In this document: positions 30,496 through 40,393 of the stretch, one piece after another
Layout: each line of letters opens with the position of its first letter
How positions within the stretch are numbered: the stretch's first letter is position 1
DNA from: a virus
Direction: 5' to 3' (one strand)
Length of the DNA stretch: 64,000 nucleotides
IMG/VR virus record: IMGVR_UViG_3300042885_000570
Span: 21,149 to 85,148 of that record
Made by a program: the position numbers and the translations under genes
The notes under the pieces: model-generated
Databases searched by the model: none
Told to the model about the DNA's origin: nothing
The model's input: only the letters and a program-made list of their open reading frames with translations

Positions 30496-31395
30496 CTATT
30501 TCTTTTTAGATTTAACTACTCCACCTTTCTTTTTTGTCATGTCATATACCTTCTTAGCTACATAACCTATAGGACTAGCCATCACACCTGCTTTGAACTC
30601 TGCTGCTGCACTTCTAGGTTTTGGTTTTGCGTCTCCAGCTATTTTACTTTTAAGGGCACTATATTTTTTTATATTAGCTTCACGCATCTCATCTACTGAA
30701 GGTCTTGGACCAACAGTTTTTTTAACTGGTCCTGTTGCACCCTTCTTTGGTGTATAACCACTAGTATTTACTGGTGATGCTGTTGCACCTCTCTTTGGTG
30801 AATAACCACTAGTTTTAGTAGATGGAGATTTAGTATTTATAACAGTATCTTCATATTTAGTTTTAGGTCTTTGTTTAGGAATAGTAATACCCACCATAGG
30901 ATCACCAAATTCTATACTTGGTTTTCTAACTGGTTCAGTACTTTTAGGAGCAGCTGTTGTTTTAGCACTTACGCCAGCTCTTACTCTTGATGAATCAACT
31001 TTTGACTTAATACCTTTTGGGTTAGGACCTTTAGGAGAAGTAGCGTTTATTCTTGCCATTGCTGCTCTTGGAGTTTCACCAGGTCTACTTGTTGGTGTTG
31101 TTTCAAACATTCCTACACCAGTACTTTTTACTTCTCCTTTTGACTGGTATTTTGTAATTGATTTTTTAACCATTGCATTTCTAGCATCATTAGCTTTTCT
31201 AAAAGTAGTTAATACATGTTCTTTTTTAGTTCCACCTTTTTTCATAGACTCAGGACCTGTTTGACCTGCACCTGTAAAATATGGTATTCCAGCTGCAAAC
31301 GGTTTTTTACCTGGACCCATAGCTTTAGTAGCCATACCACCTTTAGACATTTTTTTCATTGTACCCCCACAAGAAGCGCATCCTAACTTTTTCAT
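30496..31395 (-). CDS. Very basic K/P/T-rich protein (~299 aa)
   Basis: Likely start MKKLGCASCGG at 31395 rather than 31419; SPKR/TPKK motifs; KKGG motifs. Confidence 0.6.
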   Translation of the reverse strand: MKKLGCASCGGTMKKMSKGGMATKAMGPGKKPFAAGIPYFTGAGQTGPESMKKGGTKKEHVLTTFRKANDARNAMVKKSITKYQSKGEVKSTGVGMFETTPTSRPGETPRAAMARINATSPKGPNPKGIKSKVDSSRVRAGVSAKTTAAPKSTEPVRKPSIEFGDPMVGITIPKQRPKTKYEDTVINTKSPSTKTSGYSPKRGATASPVNTSGYTPKKGATGPVKKTVGPRPSVDEMREANIKKYSALKSKIAGDAKPKPRSAAAEFKAGVMASPIGYVAKKVYDMTKKKGGVVKSKKK

Positions 31396-31406
31396 AATAT
31401 ATAAAT

Positions 31407-31679
31407 TTAACAGTTCCACTTTTTTAAAGAAAGAGCCTTTCTAGTAGGTCTTCCTTTTTCATCTTTCATAGGTCCACTTACTCCAGACATTCTAGCACAA
31501 AAACTTTTACGTCTCTTAGCATCTTTACTATCAGGATCTAATTTAGATGGTTTAGTAGTAACTGCCATCTTAAGTTTAGAACCAGGATTAGCTTTTCTAT
31601 AGGAAGCAACACCTTTAGCATTTAAGCCTCCGGTTTTGCTTTTTCCTACAGATCTTGTCCATGCAGGTGTCTTTGCCAT
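31407..31679 (-). CDS. Basic phage protein (DUF6321-like, 90 aa)
   Basis: GGLNAKG.ASY...GSKLK...RRKSFCARM...SLKKWNC signature. Confidence 0.65.
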   Translation of the reverse strand: MAKTPAWTRSVGKSKTGGLNAKGVASYRKANPGSKLKMAVTTKPSKLDPDSKDAKRRKSFCARMSGVSGPMKDEKGRPTRKALSLKKWNC

Positions 31680-31681
31680 GG

Positions 31682-33280
31682 TTATTTCTTTTTATTTCTT
31701 TTAACAATACCACCTTTTTTCATCATCATTTTTTTCTCTGTATCAGAAATCTTTTCTTTTAGTCTTTCTGATCTTTCCTCATTACCTCTTGAAGCAGCTC
31801 TTCCTGCTCTTCTTTCTCTACTTTCATTCAACATACCTCTTACTTTATTACCAAAAGTTGCTCTTGGTTGTGCACCACTTGCAGGAGTAGAACTTGAAGG
31901 TTTACTTGATGAAGTACTTGAACTTGTACTTGCAGTTGATGTTGCTGCAGCTTTTGGTTGAATGATTTCTTTTTTAGCTTCAATAGTATTAGCAATTTGT
32001 GTTGTAGGTTTCATTTCCATTTTATCAACCTTATTATCTGCTTTTGAAATTGCAGGTGTTGCAGGTTTTTTAACTAAAGGTTTAGTTTCTTTTTTCTTAG
32101 GTGTTAACTCTTTAAAATTATCCTCTGCTTTAGTTTTTCTACTTGCATTTGCTTTTTCACCAGCTTTAATAATATCTTTTCCTAATGAACCAGTTCTCTC
32201 ATCTTTTTTATTTGATGTTACAGGTGATTCATAGTTTTTTGTTGCTGGATTAAAACCATACCATTTAGATGAAACACCTCTTCCCCATTTATCTTTTGCA
32301 GGTTTATAATCTACACCTTTCTTTTTAAGTTCATCTTTTAAAGAAGGCGTTTTTATAAGTGTGTCAGTTTTTATACCTGTTTTATTTCCACCTACTTTAG
32401 GTTTTGTTTCATCTTTTTTAGCTTCAGGTTTTTTAGTATCTTTTTTAGCTTTATCCTCTTTGCTTTTAGAATAGTCATATAGTTTTTTAATACCATAAGT
32501 TGCTGCTGCAGCACCTAGAATAACACCACCAACTTTACCAGCCTTAGCTAATTTAGCATTTTTAAGAGCTTTAGCTTTTTCAGCAATTTTAACATTTCTT
32601 AAAGTTTTACTACGTTCAGCAGGTGGTTTACCTGCTAGTCTTCTTCTTTCAACTCCAGACATTCTTCGAGTTCTTTTTAAGTTTGCTTTAGGAGCTTTTT
32701 CAGCAGCTGCTTTTTCAGCAACAGATTTTTCAGCAGCTGCTTTTTCAGCAGCAAGTCTTTCATTTGCTCTTGCTTTTATATCAGCTAAAGCTTTTCTCTT
32801 AGAACCTACACCTGGAGTTTCACCTTTAGAAGCACCTCCACGAGTTCTTGGTTTAGTGTCTACTAGTGGTTTCTTTTCTAATGGTGTTTTCTTTGCATAC
32901 TTACCAGATGTACCTGGAGTATTTCCTTTACTTACACCACCACGTGTTCTTGGAGTAGTTGTAGTAGTTGTAGTAGTAACAGGTTTAGACGCAACTGGTT
33001 TAACTGGTTTCTTAGCTGCAGGTTTAGGTGCTGGTTTAGAAGCCGTAGTAGTTGGTCTAACAGGAGCTTTATATCCTTCACCTTTTACAACTTGTCCCAT
33101 AGTTTTTGGATCAGTAGGTTTTAATTTAGTTGAACTTACTACAGGTTTGGGAGCTGGCTTAGGCTTAGGCTTAGGCGCAGGTTTATTATTTATCCCACCA
33201 GGATTAATACCTTTTGGGTTAGGACCACCTTTATATCTTGAGTTAGATTTTATCCCTTTTGGATTTATTTTACTTGCCAT
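31682..33280 (-). CDS. Histone-H1-like K/P/A-rich protein (532 aa)
   Basis: Extreme Lys/Pro/Ala content, AAEKA repeats, PRTRGG x2, one hydrophobic helix, C-terminal MKKGG. Confidence 0.6.
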   Translation of the reverse strand: MASKINPKGIKSNSRYKGGPNPKGINPGGINNKPAPKPKPKPAPKPVVSSTKLKPTDPKTMGQVVKGEGYKAPVRPTTTASKPAPKPAAKKPVKPVASKPVTTTTTTTTPRTRGGVSKGNTPGTSGKYAKKTPLEKKPLVDTKPRTRGGASKGETPGVGSKRKALADIKARANERLAAEKAAAEKSVAEKAAAEKAPKANLKRTRRMSGVERRRLAGKPPAERSKTLRNVKIAEKAKALKNAKLAKAGKVGGVILGAAAATYGIKKLYDYSKSKEDKAKKDTKKPEAKKDETKPKVGGNKTGIKTDTLIKTPSLKDELKKKGVDYKPAKDKWGRGVSSKWYGFNPATKNYESPVTSNKKDERTGSLGKDIIKAGEKANASRKTKAEDNFKELTPKKKETKPLVKKPATPAISKADNKVDKMEMKPTTQIANTIEAKKEIIQPKAAATSTASTSSSTSSSKPSSSTPASGAQPRATFGNKVRGMLNESRERRAGRAASRGNEERSERLKEKISDTEKKMMMKKGGIVKRNKKK

Positions 33281-33291
33281 GATCTTTCAGA

Positions 33292-33462
33292 TTAACATTT
33301 TTTACCTTTACTTCCACCCATTTTCATTTTAGGTGAAGCCTGTGGTTTGTTAACTTTTCCACATGATTTACCTGATGCATTTTTTAATGCATAAACTGGA
33401 GCGTTGGTTCCACCAACTCTACCTGTTGCTTTTTGCTGTACGTTTACTTTTGCGTTAGCCAT
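33292..33462 (-). CDS. 56-aa basic microprotein
   Basis: Hand-translated MANAKVNVQQKATGRVGGTNAPVYALKNASGKSCGKVNKPQASPKMKMGGSKGKKC; fills the gap on the coding strand. Confidence 0.7.
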   Translation of the reverse strand: MANAKVNVQQKATGRVGGTNAPVYALKNASGKSCGKVNKPQASPKMKMGGSKGKKC

Positions 33463-33515
33463 GATATATAGTTTAAAAAAAGCATACCAGCATTACTGGT
33501 ATACTCTAGAGTTAT

Positions 33516-34526
33516 TTACATATTCCACAGTTTTTCAACTTGTGCATTTAAATCTTTTAAAATATCCTCATTTAAAGGACTTTTTAAGAACTCAATTACA
33601 TCTGATACATTTCTACCTAACAAGCTATTTGTTCTTGCATGGTAGATATAACCATCTGCCTTATTTATAATATACTTAAAAAATATGGAATCTTTAACAA
33701 TTGCTTTGATTTTTAATGTTTCCATATCTAAAGCTGCTGCATCTAAGAAACCTTTTGCTGCTCTTTCTTTGTTACCTTCAGTACCTTCACCATTAATGTG
33801 TCTATCCATATTGTCATAGATAACATCATTAGGTGTATGTTTTTTATACTGTACACTAGCTGTATCAACTGCTTTTGCAATATAGAATAACTTAGTACTA
33901 TTTTTATCAAATAGTTTCTGTAACTCAGCAAGTGCTTTATTTTTAAGTTTTTTGTATTCAGTTTTAACACCACTTGTTTCAGTTACTTTATCCAAGTAAA
34001 ATTTTGGCGGTACTGCTTTTGATCTAGCATCTTCATAACTTCTTGATACAAGTGAGAATCCTCCAGCTTCAACAGCATATAGTTTAATTCTATCATATGG
34101 ATTTGCAGGATCTAGATATACTGGATCATTACCACATGACATGTTGATTTTATTCCAGAATTCTTTATTATCTGGTCTTAATAATTTTACATCATTCCAG
34201 AATGTAGGACTTTCTACATCTAAAATATTAGCAGCTAATTCTCTTTCTAGTTCTGCTACAGCTTTTCTAATTTCTTTAGTTTTAGCTTCTCTCTCTTCTG
34301 CAGGTAATAATTTAATCTCAGGAGCAAATTCATTTAATCCTGTTACATATCTTATTACTCCATTTTGTTCTAAGCAAGCTAGTTGCTCGTAATGTTTTAC
34401 ACCATCAAATAATGATTGGCCATAATGTTCTAATCCCATATTTGACATTGAATTGTCAAAATAAGGTTTAACAGAGATCTTGTTGCTCTTGTTAACGTTA
34501 AATACTTCTACGTGTGTGAAATCCAT
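33516..34526 (-). CDS. Conserved crAss-like protein downstream of MCP (336 aa)
   Basis: RYVTGLNEFAPE...FW motif; position immediately after MCP. Confidence 0.6.
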   Translation of the reverse strand: MDFTHVEVFNVNKSNKISVKPYFDNSMSNMGLEHYGQSLFDGVKHYEQLACLEQNGVIRYVTGLNEFAPEIKLLPAEEREAKTKEIRKAVAELERELAANILDVESPTFWNDVKLLRPDNKEFWNKINMSCGNDPVYLDPANPYDRIKLYAVEAGGFSLVSRSYEDARSKAVPPKFYLDKVTETSGVKTEYKKLKNKALAELQKLFDKNSTKLFYIAKAVDTASVQYKKHTPNDVIYDNMDRHINGEGTEGNKERAAKGFLDAAALDMETLKIKAIVKDSIFFKYIINKADGYIYHARTNSLLGRNVSDVIEFLKSPLNEDILKDLNAQVEKLWNM

Positions 34527-34565
34527 TTTGTGTTGGTTTTAAAATGTTTATAATTGTAAATATAT

Positions 34566-34599
34566 AAAAAAAGGAGGAGAATAAACCCCTCCTCTTTTT
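34566..34599 (-). terminator. Intrinsic terminator after MCP
   Basis: GAGGAGG / CTCCTCC-type stem followed by a U-tract on the minus strand. Confidence 0.7.
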
Positions 34600-34617
34600 A
34601 TTTTCTAGTTTGACATA

Positions 34618-36234
34618 TTAGAATGATCCACCTGTGATTGGATTTCTCATAACAATTTTCAATACTTTAGTTGGATCTTTAACCCAAATAGCTGGCATTG
34701 TTTGAGACATCATTACACGGTAACCGTTGAATTGTCCAGAAGATTGGAATCCTTGAGATCTACCCATGTAATCCATTGTTCCATTTTGGTACCACCATTT
34801 CAATTGATTATCCCAAGATAATTTCAACATGTAGATGTTGTCATTAGTATTATCTGTGATATCAAAGATAATGAATGAGTAAGAAGATAATGGGAAACCA
34901 TCAATGATAGGGTTCTCAATATCATTAGTATGAACATTATCAAATGCAGGATTCAATACAAATTTCACATTAGCCAAGAATGGAATAACGTAAGAAGTGT
35001 AAGCAAATCCAAAGTTTAAGTCCATACCTTTACCAGTGATAGCACCGATATCAGCAGCTTGAATCAATAAACCTGAAGAGATAGCTTCTTGTTTAATTGC
35101 TTCATTAACCATTCTCATACCACCCATACCTGTTTGAACAACAAGTTGACGTTTAGGATCTGGTCCTTGGAACTCAACTTTACCATTGAAGAAGTTATAT
35201 AACTCTCCTCTGAATAAATCTAAGTTAAAGTTGTTTTTGTTGTAGATACGTTTGAAAGAGTTATCTAACTGTTTCCATAAACCTACAGATAATCTTACAT
35301 CATCTGGTCCGTCTTGACGTACTCTACCCCCGTGACCCCACATAAGGTAAGTCTCAATATCAGAAGCAATCTTAGTTAAGTGAGCAGCCTCCATGTTAGT
35401 TAAGAAAGTTCTTGATAAATCACCATTATCAAATGCTTTTTTAACTGAGTCTTTACCCATTACTTTAACCATATCATCCAAAGATGAAATAGATGGATCT
35501 AATCCTTTCAAGTGAGATCTCCAGATTTCTGTAACTGGTACAGTACCATCTGCATTCATACCACCTTTGATCATTAAATCTGCTCTAGAAGAGATAGAAT
35601 AATGAACGTGAGCTTCAGCACCACCAACAAAGTTATAATACTCACGGAATCCTGTGTTAGTTTGGATGTCTGAGAATCTCTCACCATACTCACCTCTAGC
35701 AGAACCTTTACGGAATACTTTAGTACCATTAGCTAAATAAGCATTATCAATGTACTTGTAGTTATCATTGTTAACTAACTGTACTGTATAGATGAATCCG
35801 TCACCAATTGGTAAGATATCATCAGCAGTAATGTACATCTCAACTCCATTGTATTTGTCATAGGTAATGATATCACCATGTCCAAATTCTCTTTTGTTAA
35901 GCTTGATTTTGAAAGTAGTACCTTCAATACCTTTAGCAGTGTTAGCTGGTTCAATGTCTTCAACAATGTAAGGAAGATCAATTGAAACTGGAGTTTGCCA
36001 TTTGTACTCACCTCTTGCGTTATCTACATTGATAACGTTTTTTCCACCAAAAGAAGATAACTGGTATAAAGGCATTTCAACTTTCTGAGCCATAGCCCAT
36101 AAGTCTACTGGACCTAAATCCATTGGTTCTGCATCTTTTAGCATGTTTTGTAAATGGTATGAATCAACATGTGAACTAGCATTGTATGCCGTATCACGTA
36201 GGAAAATACCATTATTTAATACTGGAGTTGCCAT
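34618..36234 (-). CDS. Major capsid protein (538 aa)
   Basis: Order TerL-portal-acidic protein-MCP, GEYKW and ETYLMWG motifs, optimised codons, downstream terminator. Confidence 0.85.
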   Translation of the reverse strand: MATPVLNNGIFLRDTAYNASSHVDSYHLQNMLKDAEPMDLGPVDLWAMAQKVEMPLYQLSSFGGKNVINVDNARGEYKWQTPVSIDLPYIVEDIEPANTAKGIEGTTFKIKLNKREFGHGDIITYDKYNGVEMYITADDILPIGDGFIYTVQLVNNDNYKYIDNAYLANGTKVFRKGSARGEYGERFSDIQTNTGFREYYNFVGGAEAHVHYSISSRADLMIKGGMNADGTVPVTEIWRSHLKGLDPSISSLDDMVKVMGKDSVKKAFDNGDLSRTFLTNMEAAHLTKIASDIETYLMWGHGGRVRQDGPDDVRLSVGLWKQLDNSFKRIYNKNNFNLDLFRGELYNFFNGKVEFQGPDPKRQLVVQTGMGGMRMVNEAIKQEAISSGLLIQAADIGAITGKGMDLNFGFAYTSYVIPFLANVKFVLNPAFDNVHTNDIENPIIDGFPLSSYSFIIFDITDNTNDNIYMLKLSWDNQLKWWYQNGTMDYMGRSQGFQSSGQFNGYRVMMSQTMPAIWVKDPTKVLKIVMRNPITGGSF

Positions 36235-36266
36235 TTGTTTTTATTTATTTATTTATATTATTTATT

Positions 36267-37520
36267 TTAAAATCTTTTAAACATACTACTACCAGATGAT
36301 CTTGATATTGTATTGTTACTTGTAGTTTTTCTTGCTTGTTGTTTTTCATCTACAGTATTTGAAGATGCAATCTTTTTAGCCTCTTCAGTTTTTAACATTC
36401 TTACTGTTTTTTCTGTTGCAACTTTAGTACCTTGATCTTTTATCTTAGCTCTGTATCCTTCTGGATCTGCTAATAACCATAGTGCTTCAGCAATAAGATC
36501 ATGTCTTGGTTCTACAAACTGATACTTCTCTAATAGGTGACCTAACATATTTGTAGGCTTACCTGATATTGAAGGATAGTTTGGTTGAACTAATCCACTA
36601 TACAGCATGTTCTGTGTTTTCTTATCAAGCTTAACTCCATCAAGTTCTCCTGTTGACAATACGTTATATACATTATCCGTATATACTTTTGCAGCTTGAA
36701 CTTGTTGCTCTTTCTTAGTTTCTTGTTCTGCTAGTTTTCTAGATACAATCTCTTCCTGCATTCTATCCAACTTAGGTTTAAACTGTTTAGCTTTTTGTCC
36801 TAACTTATCTACATCTGCCCAATCTTCAATCTCTGACTCTATTTCCTCTGGTGTACCAAAGTTTGTAGCGTATAAGTATTGTCTTGCAATCTCAGCTTGA
36901 TGATTCTCATCTTCTGGATCTAATTCAAATACTTCTTCTACTTGAGCAAGAGTTCTAAATAATCCTTTAAGATCTTGTCCACCATCAGCTACATATTTAG
37001 CTGCAGTTTTCAATTCATCAGGTAAAGCATTAAAAAACTCTTTTGGCACATCTTCTTTAATCTTTCTCTCTTTCTCTTGAAAGTTAGCTTCAAACAACTC
37101 TCTAAAGTCTTTAGTAGTATAATCCTCTAGATCTTTATCATCATCAAATCCAAAAAGTGTACCTTCTTCAATCATCTTAGAAGCTAACTCATATAAACCT
37201 GACTTATCTACTTTAGGTCTACCTTTATTACCTGCTTCTTCTTCCTGAGCAATAAGTCCATCTAATTCATCAATTGTCTCTTGAACTTCTTCCTTAGTGA
37301 TTGTTTGCTCTGCAGTATCTTGTTTAGTTGTTACACCAGTTTTACTATCAAGGAACTCATAATCAGTTTTAGCATCTTTAGAAAAAAGAGACTTTTTCTC
37401 TTCTTCCTCTTCTGGTAGCATCACGTTATCCGCTCCAGGCATTCCAAATAATTCATCCAAGTTTACATCTACCTGTGAAACGGTAGTGTTATCTTGTGTT
37501 GCTTGCTCATCAGTATTCAT
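36267..37520 (-). CDS. Acidic scaffold-like head assembly protein (417 aa)
   Basis: Highly acidic, helical; lies between portal and MCP. Confidence 0.6.
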   Translation of the reverse strand: MNTDEQATQDNTTVSQVDVNLDELFGMPGADNVMLPEEEEEKKSLFSKDAKTDYEFLDSKTGVTTKQDTAEQTITKEEVQETIDELDGLIAQEEEAGNKGRPKVDKSGLYELASKMIEEGTLFGFDDDKDLEDYTTKDFRELFEANFQEKERKIKEDVPKEFFNALPDELKTAAKYVADGGQDLKGLFRTLAQVEEVFELDPEDENHQAEIARQYLYATNFGTPEEIESEIEDWADVDKLGQKAKQFKPKLDRMQEEIVSRKLAEQETKKEQQVQAAKVYTDNVYNVLSTGELDGVKLDKKTQNMLYSGLVQPNYPSISGKPTNMLGHLLEKYQFVEPRHDLIAEALWLLADPEGYRAKIKDQGTKVATEKTVRMLKTEEAKKIASSNTVDEKQQARKTTSNNTISRSSGSSMFKRF

Positions 37521-37633
37521 ATGTTGGTCTTTATGTTACTATTAATAATATAAGTATTTTTTTTACAAATAAACTTCATATATTTAAAATAGACTATTTT
37601 TTAATATTGTTTTTTGCCACTATATAGCTAAGT

Positions 37634-40387
37634 CTATTTCTTCTTATTATCAGTTTTGCTTTTTGTATCAAATTTGTTCTTATTCTCTCTAGCAATTTGT
37701 AATTGTTTATCTGCTATTGACTGTTGTGCTTGTAGTTTTTCTCTTTCAAGTTGCATCTTTTGAGAATCTGAAGATTGTCTATTTGATTCTTTTTGTCTTT
37801 CAAGATTCATCTGACTAGTAAATTGCTCAGACTTTTGTATATCTCTCATTGAATCAGTAAAATCAGACATTTGATTTTGATTAATATCTTGAGTAGCACC
37901 AAATCCAGCAGCTCTAATTTCAGCAACAAGTATATCTCTTTGTCTATTTTTCTCTTCTCTGATATCTGTATTATCAGATTTAAGTTTTTCTGCTTGAGCT
38001 TGAGCTTGTAATTGCTGTTCTTGCATTTGTTGTTGATGCTGCATTTCTGCATCTTTCTGCGCTTTGATTTTTTGCTCAGAATCTTTAAGTACTGAGTTTA
38101 ACTCAGCTATACTTTCTGATTGTACTAATTTACCTAAGTCATAGATAGATGCCCCAGTAGTATTATTATTTAAAGCCATATTTTTTAACTGTTCTAATAC
38201 TGCTCTGTAATTAGCTTTAGTAGTTGCAAATATGTTTAAGTCTCTCATAAGCAAATCTGTACCATTAATCTGGAAGTTTACTTTCTCATCTGCACCAGTA
38301 ACATAAGTTAATCTTGCTGATGGTTTAGTAGAGTGATAGAATTGAGCTAAGTCAGTTCTCATCTGATGTACTCTTGGCATTAAGTAATCTGAGTGTTGTA
38401 TGAAATACATTTCAGTCTGTGCATAAGAAGCACCTACTGCTTGCTCAACTCCTGTTGCAGTTTGTTGAGAAAGTTGTTGTCCCATTCTTTGTGGGTTAAT
38501 ACCTATAACTTCATATGCTTGTTGTTTCATATATGTAGCTAACTGTATCCTTGACATCAACCTATTTGTTTGTTCTAGGTCTAGTTTTTGGAAATGCTGA
38601 AAGTTTAAAGCATTTTCTGTATTAGTAATACTGGTATCTAAAGGAAGCATCTGAAAATTCTTCATTGCTACATATGCTTTAGCTAAGTTGTTCTTACCCC
38701 AATCTTCACCCATTGAGTGTCTTGGTAATGCATTCTGATCAAGTAAGATAACTGTACCTAGTTCATCTACTAGTATATCCGCTATTTGGTTATTAACAAT
38801 GTTATATCCTATTTGGAAAGGTTTCATTAAATCAATCAATGCAGTTGACTTAGTATTTCTATCTGAGAATACTGCACCCTCTACTGGTAGTTTACATCCG
38901 TAGATAGAGTTATCACCTTTAAATTGAAATCTTAATGGTCCTATATTTTGTTTATCAATACCAATATATAGTGGAGTAAATCCACCAGGATTATTCATAC
39001 CCCAGAATGATGGAATATTAGGTCCAATTTTTACACCACCCCATACTTCATTAATCCAGATCCAATCTATGTGCTCTCCGTATACTAGATTATCTTTAGT
39101 TTTGTTTTTAAAGAGTCTTGTATCATATATAGGATTATCAGTTACTTTATAGTCTTCTGTAATAATCTCTGTTATTACTTCACCTGAGTCAGTAATTTTA
39201 GTTAAGTGACCTACTTTTCTCTGAGATTTCCAGTAACCTGTAGTTACTCTCAACAAGTATGCAGTACCTTGATCATAATAATCTTCACCTTCTCTTAAGA
39301 TGTAGTTTACAATATCACCCGCATTGAAAATATTATTAGCTGCTGCAGTAGAATATTGACGCATACCTAGTGAAGGCATGTTAGTATTCCACTCATGTGA
39401 TTTAGTAGCATCATAAAATGATCCGTCATTTTGTACACCACCAATATTATATCCTGCTGATCTAATTGGATAGATAGCTTCTAGTGATGCCATCTGATCT
39501 TCATTCATCATATATCCATACTTATCAATAACATCTGATACAGTTAACATATCTGTTTTACCAACCCAGTTAGATTGTGATATATATCTTGCATCAGGAG
39601 ATTTGTGATAAAATGTAAGTACAGGATTCCATAACTCTACGTCATAGTCATCTTCCATCATACGCATATGCCAGAATTCTCTATCTGTAATAAGCATATC
39701 TCTGAAACCTCTTTCCTCTAACTCATCCATTCTAAATCTTTCAACATCTACTTCATGTTGGTGAGTAGCCCATTGCTCTACCATTGATCTATAATCCTTT
39801 TTAAAGAATTGTTCAATCTCTGGTAATGATTTTAATTTTTCTGGATTCAATTGTTGTTGTGCCTCTTCAGATTCAGGATCCATACCTTGTTCTACCATTG
39901 CAGCAATAATTTTCATGCTTGCATCAGACATAAGTACATCCTCTACCATCTGTCTTTTTTGCTCCATCATCTCATTATAAGATCCTTCATCTACTGCACG
40001 GTATGATAACTTACTTGATCTTTTAGCAAACTCAGCTACAAGAACATTAATAACATTAGGGATGATTGGATAAAACTTTAACTCAAGTGCGGATGCATCT
40101 TCTTTAGTAAGCGTCTCAATGATATCTCTGTAGTCATTGTCTTCTTCAACTATATAGTCAGTTCTATCAATAACACCTTTAGCTAACTTATAGTTTTTCA
40201 TTAGCCTACGCGCGTTTCTTTTAATCTGTTTAAGACCATTCCACTCTAACCAGTCAAGATTCCATGCAGCCCACTTGTCATCTTTTTCCTTTTTAGGAAT
40301 AAACTGTAATGGTTGCGTAATACTACCTAATCTATTGTGTTCTGTTTTAGCTCCGTTTTTGAGCTGAAGGGCATTATATACTTGCAT
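37634..40387 (-). CDS. Portal protein (917 aa)
   Basis: FYPIIPNVINVLVAEF, WIWINEVWGG.KIG, KLPVEG, IGINPQRMGQ motifs, C-terminal coiled coil; follows TerL. Confidence 0.85.
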   Translation of the reverse strand: MQVYNALQLKNGAKTEHNRLGSITQPLQFIPKKEKDDKWAAWNLDWLEWNGLKQIKRNARRLMKNYKLAKGVIDRTDYIVEEDNDYRDIIETLTKEDASALELKFYPIIPNVINVLVAEFAKRSSKLSYRAVDEGSYNEMMEQKRQMVEDVLMSDASMKIIAAMVEQGMDPESEEAQQQLNPEKLKSLPEIEQFFKKDYRSMVEQWATHQHEVDVERFRMDELEERGFRDMLITDREFWHMRMMEDDYDVELWNPVLTFYHKSPDARYISQSNWVGKTDMLTVSDVIDKYGYMMNEDQMASLEAIYPIRSAGYNIGGVQNDGSFYDATKSHEWNTNMPSLGMRQYSTAAANNIFNAGDIVNYILREGEDYYDQGTAYLLRVTTGYWKSQRKVGHLTKITDSGEVITEIITEDYKVTDNPIYDTRLFKNKTKDNLVYGEHIDWIWINEVWGGVKIGPNIPSFWGMNNPGGFTPLYIGIDKQNIGPLRFQFKGDNSIYGCKLPVEGAVFSDRNTKSTALIDLMKPFQIGYNIVNNQIADILVDELGTVILLDQNALPRHSMGEDWGKNNLAKAYVAMKNFQMLPLDTSITNTENALNFQHFQKLDLEQTNRLMSRIQLATYMKQQAYEVIGINPQRMGQQLSQQTATGVEQAVGASYAQTEMYFIQHSDYLMPRVHQMRTDLAQFYHSTKPSARLTYVTGADEKVNFQINGTDLLMRDLNIFATTKANYRAVLEQLKNMALNNNTTGASIYDLGKLVQSESIAELNSVLKDSEQKIKAQKDAEMQHQQQMQEQQLQAQAQAEKLKSDNTDIREEKNRQRDILVAEIRAAGFGATQDINQNQMSDFTDSMRDIQKSEQFTSQMNLERQKESNRQSSDSQKMQLEREKLQAQQSIADKQLQIARENKNKFDTKSKTDNKKK

Positions 40388-40393
40388 ATCTTT

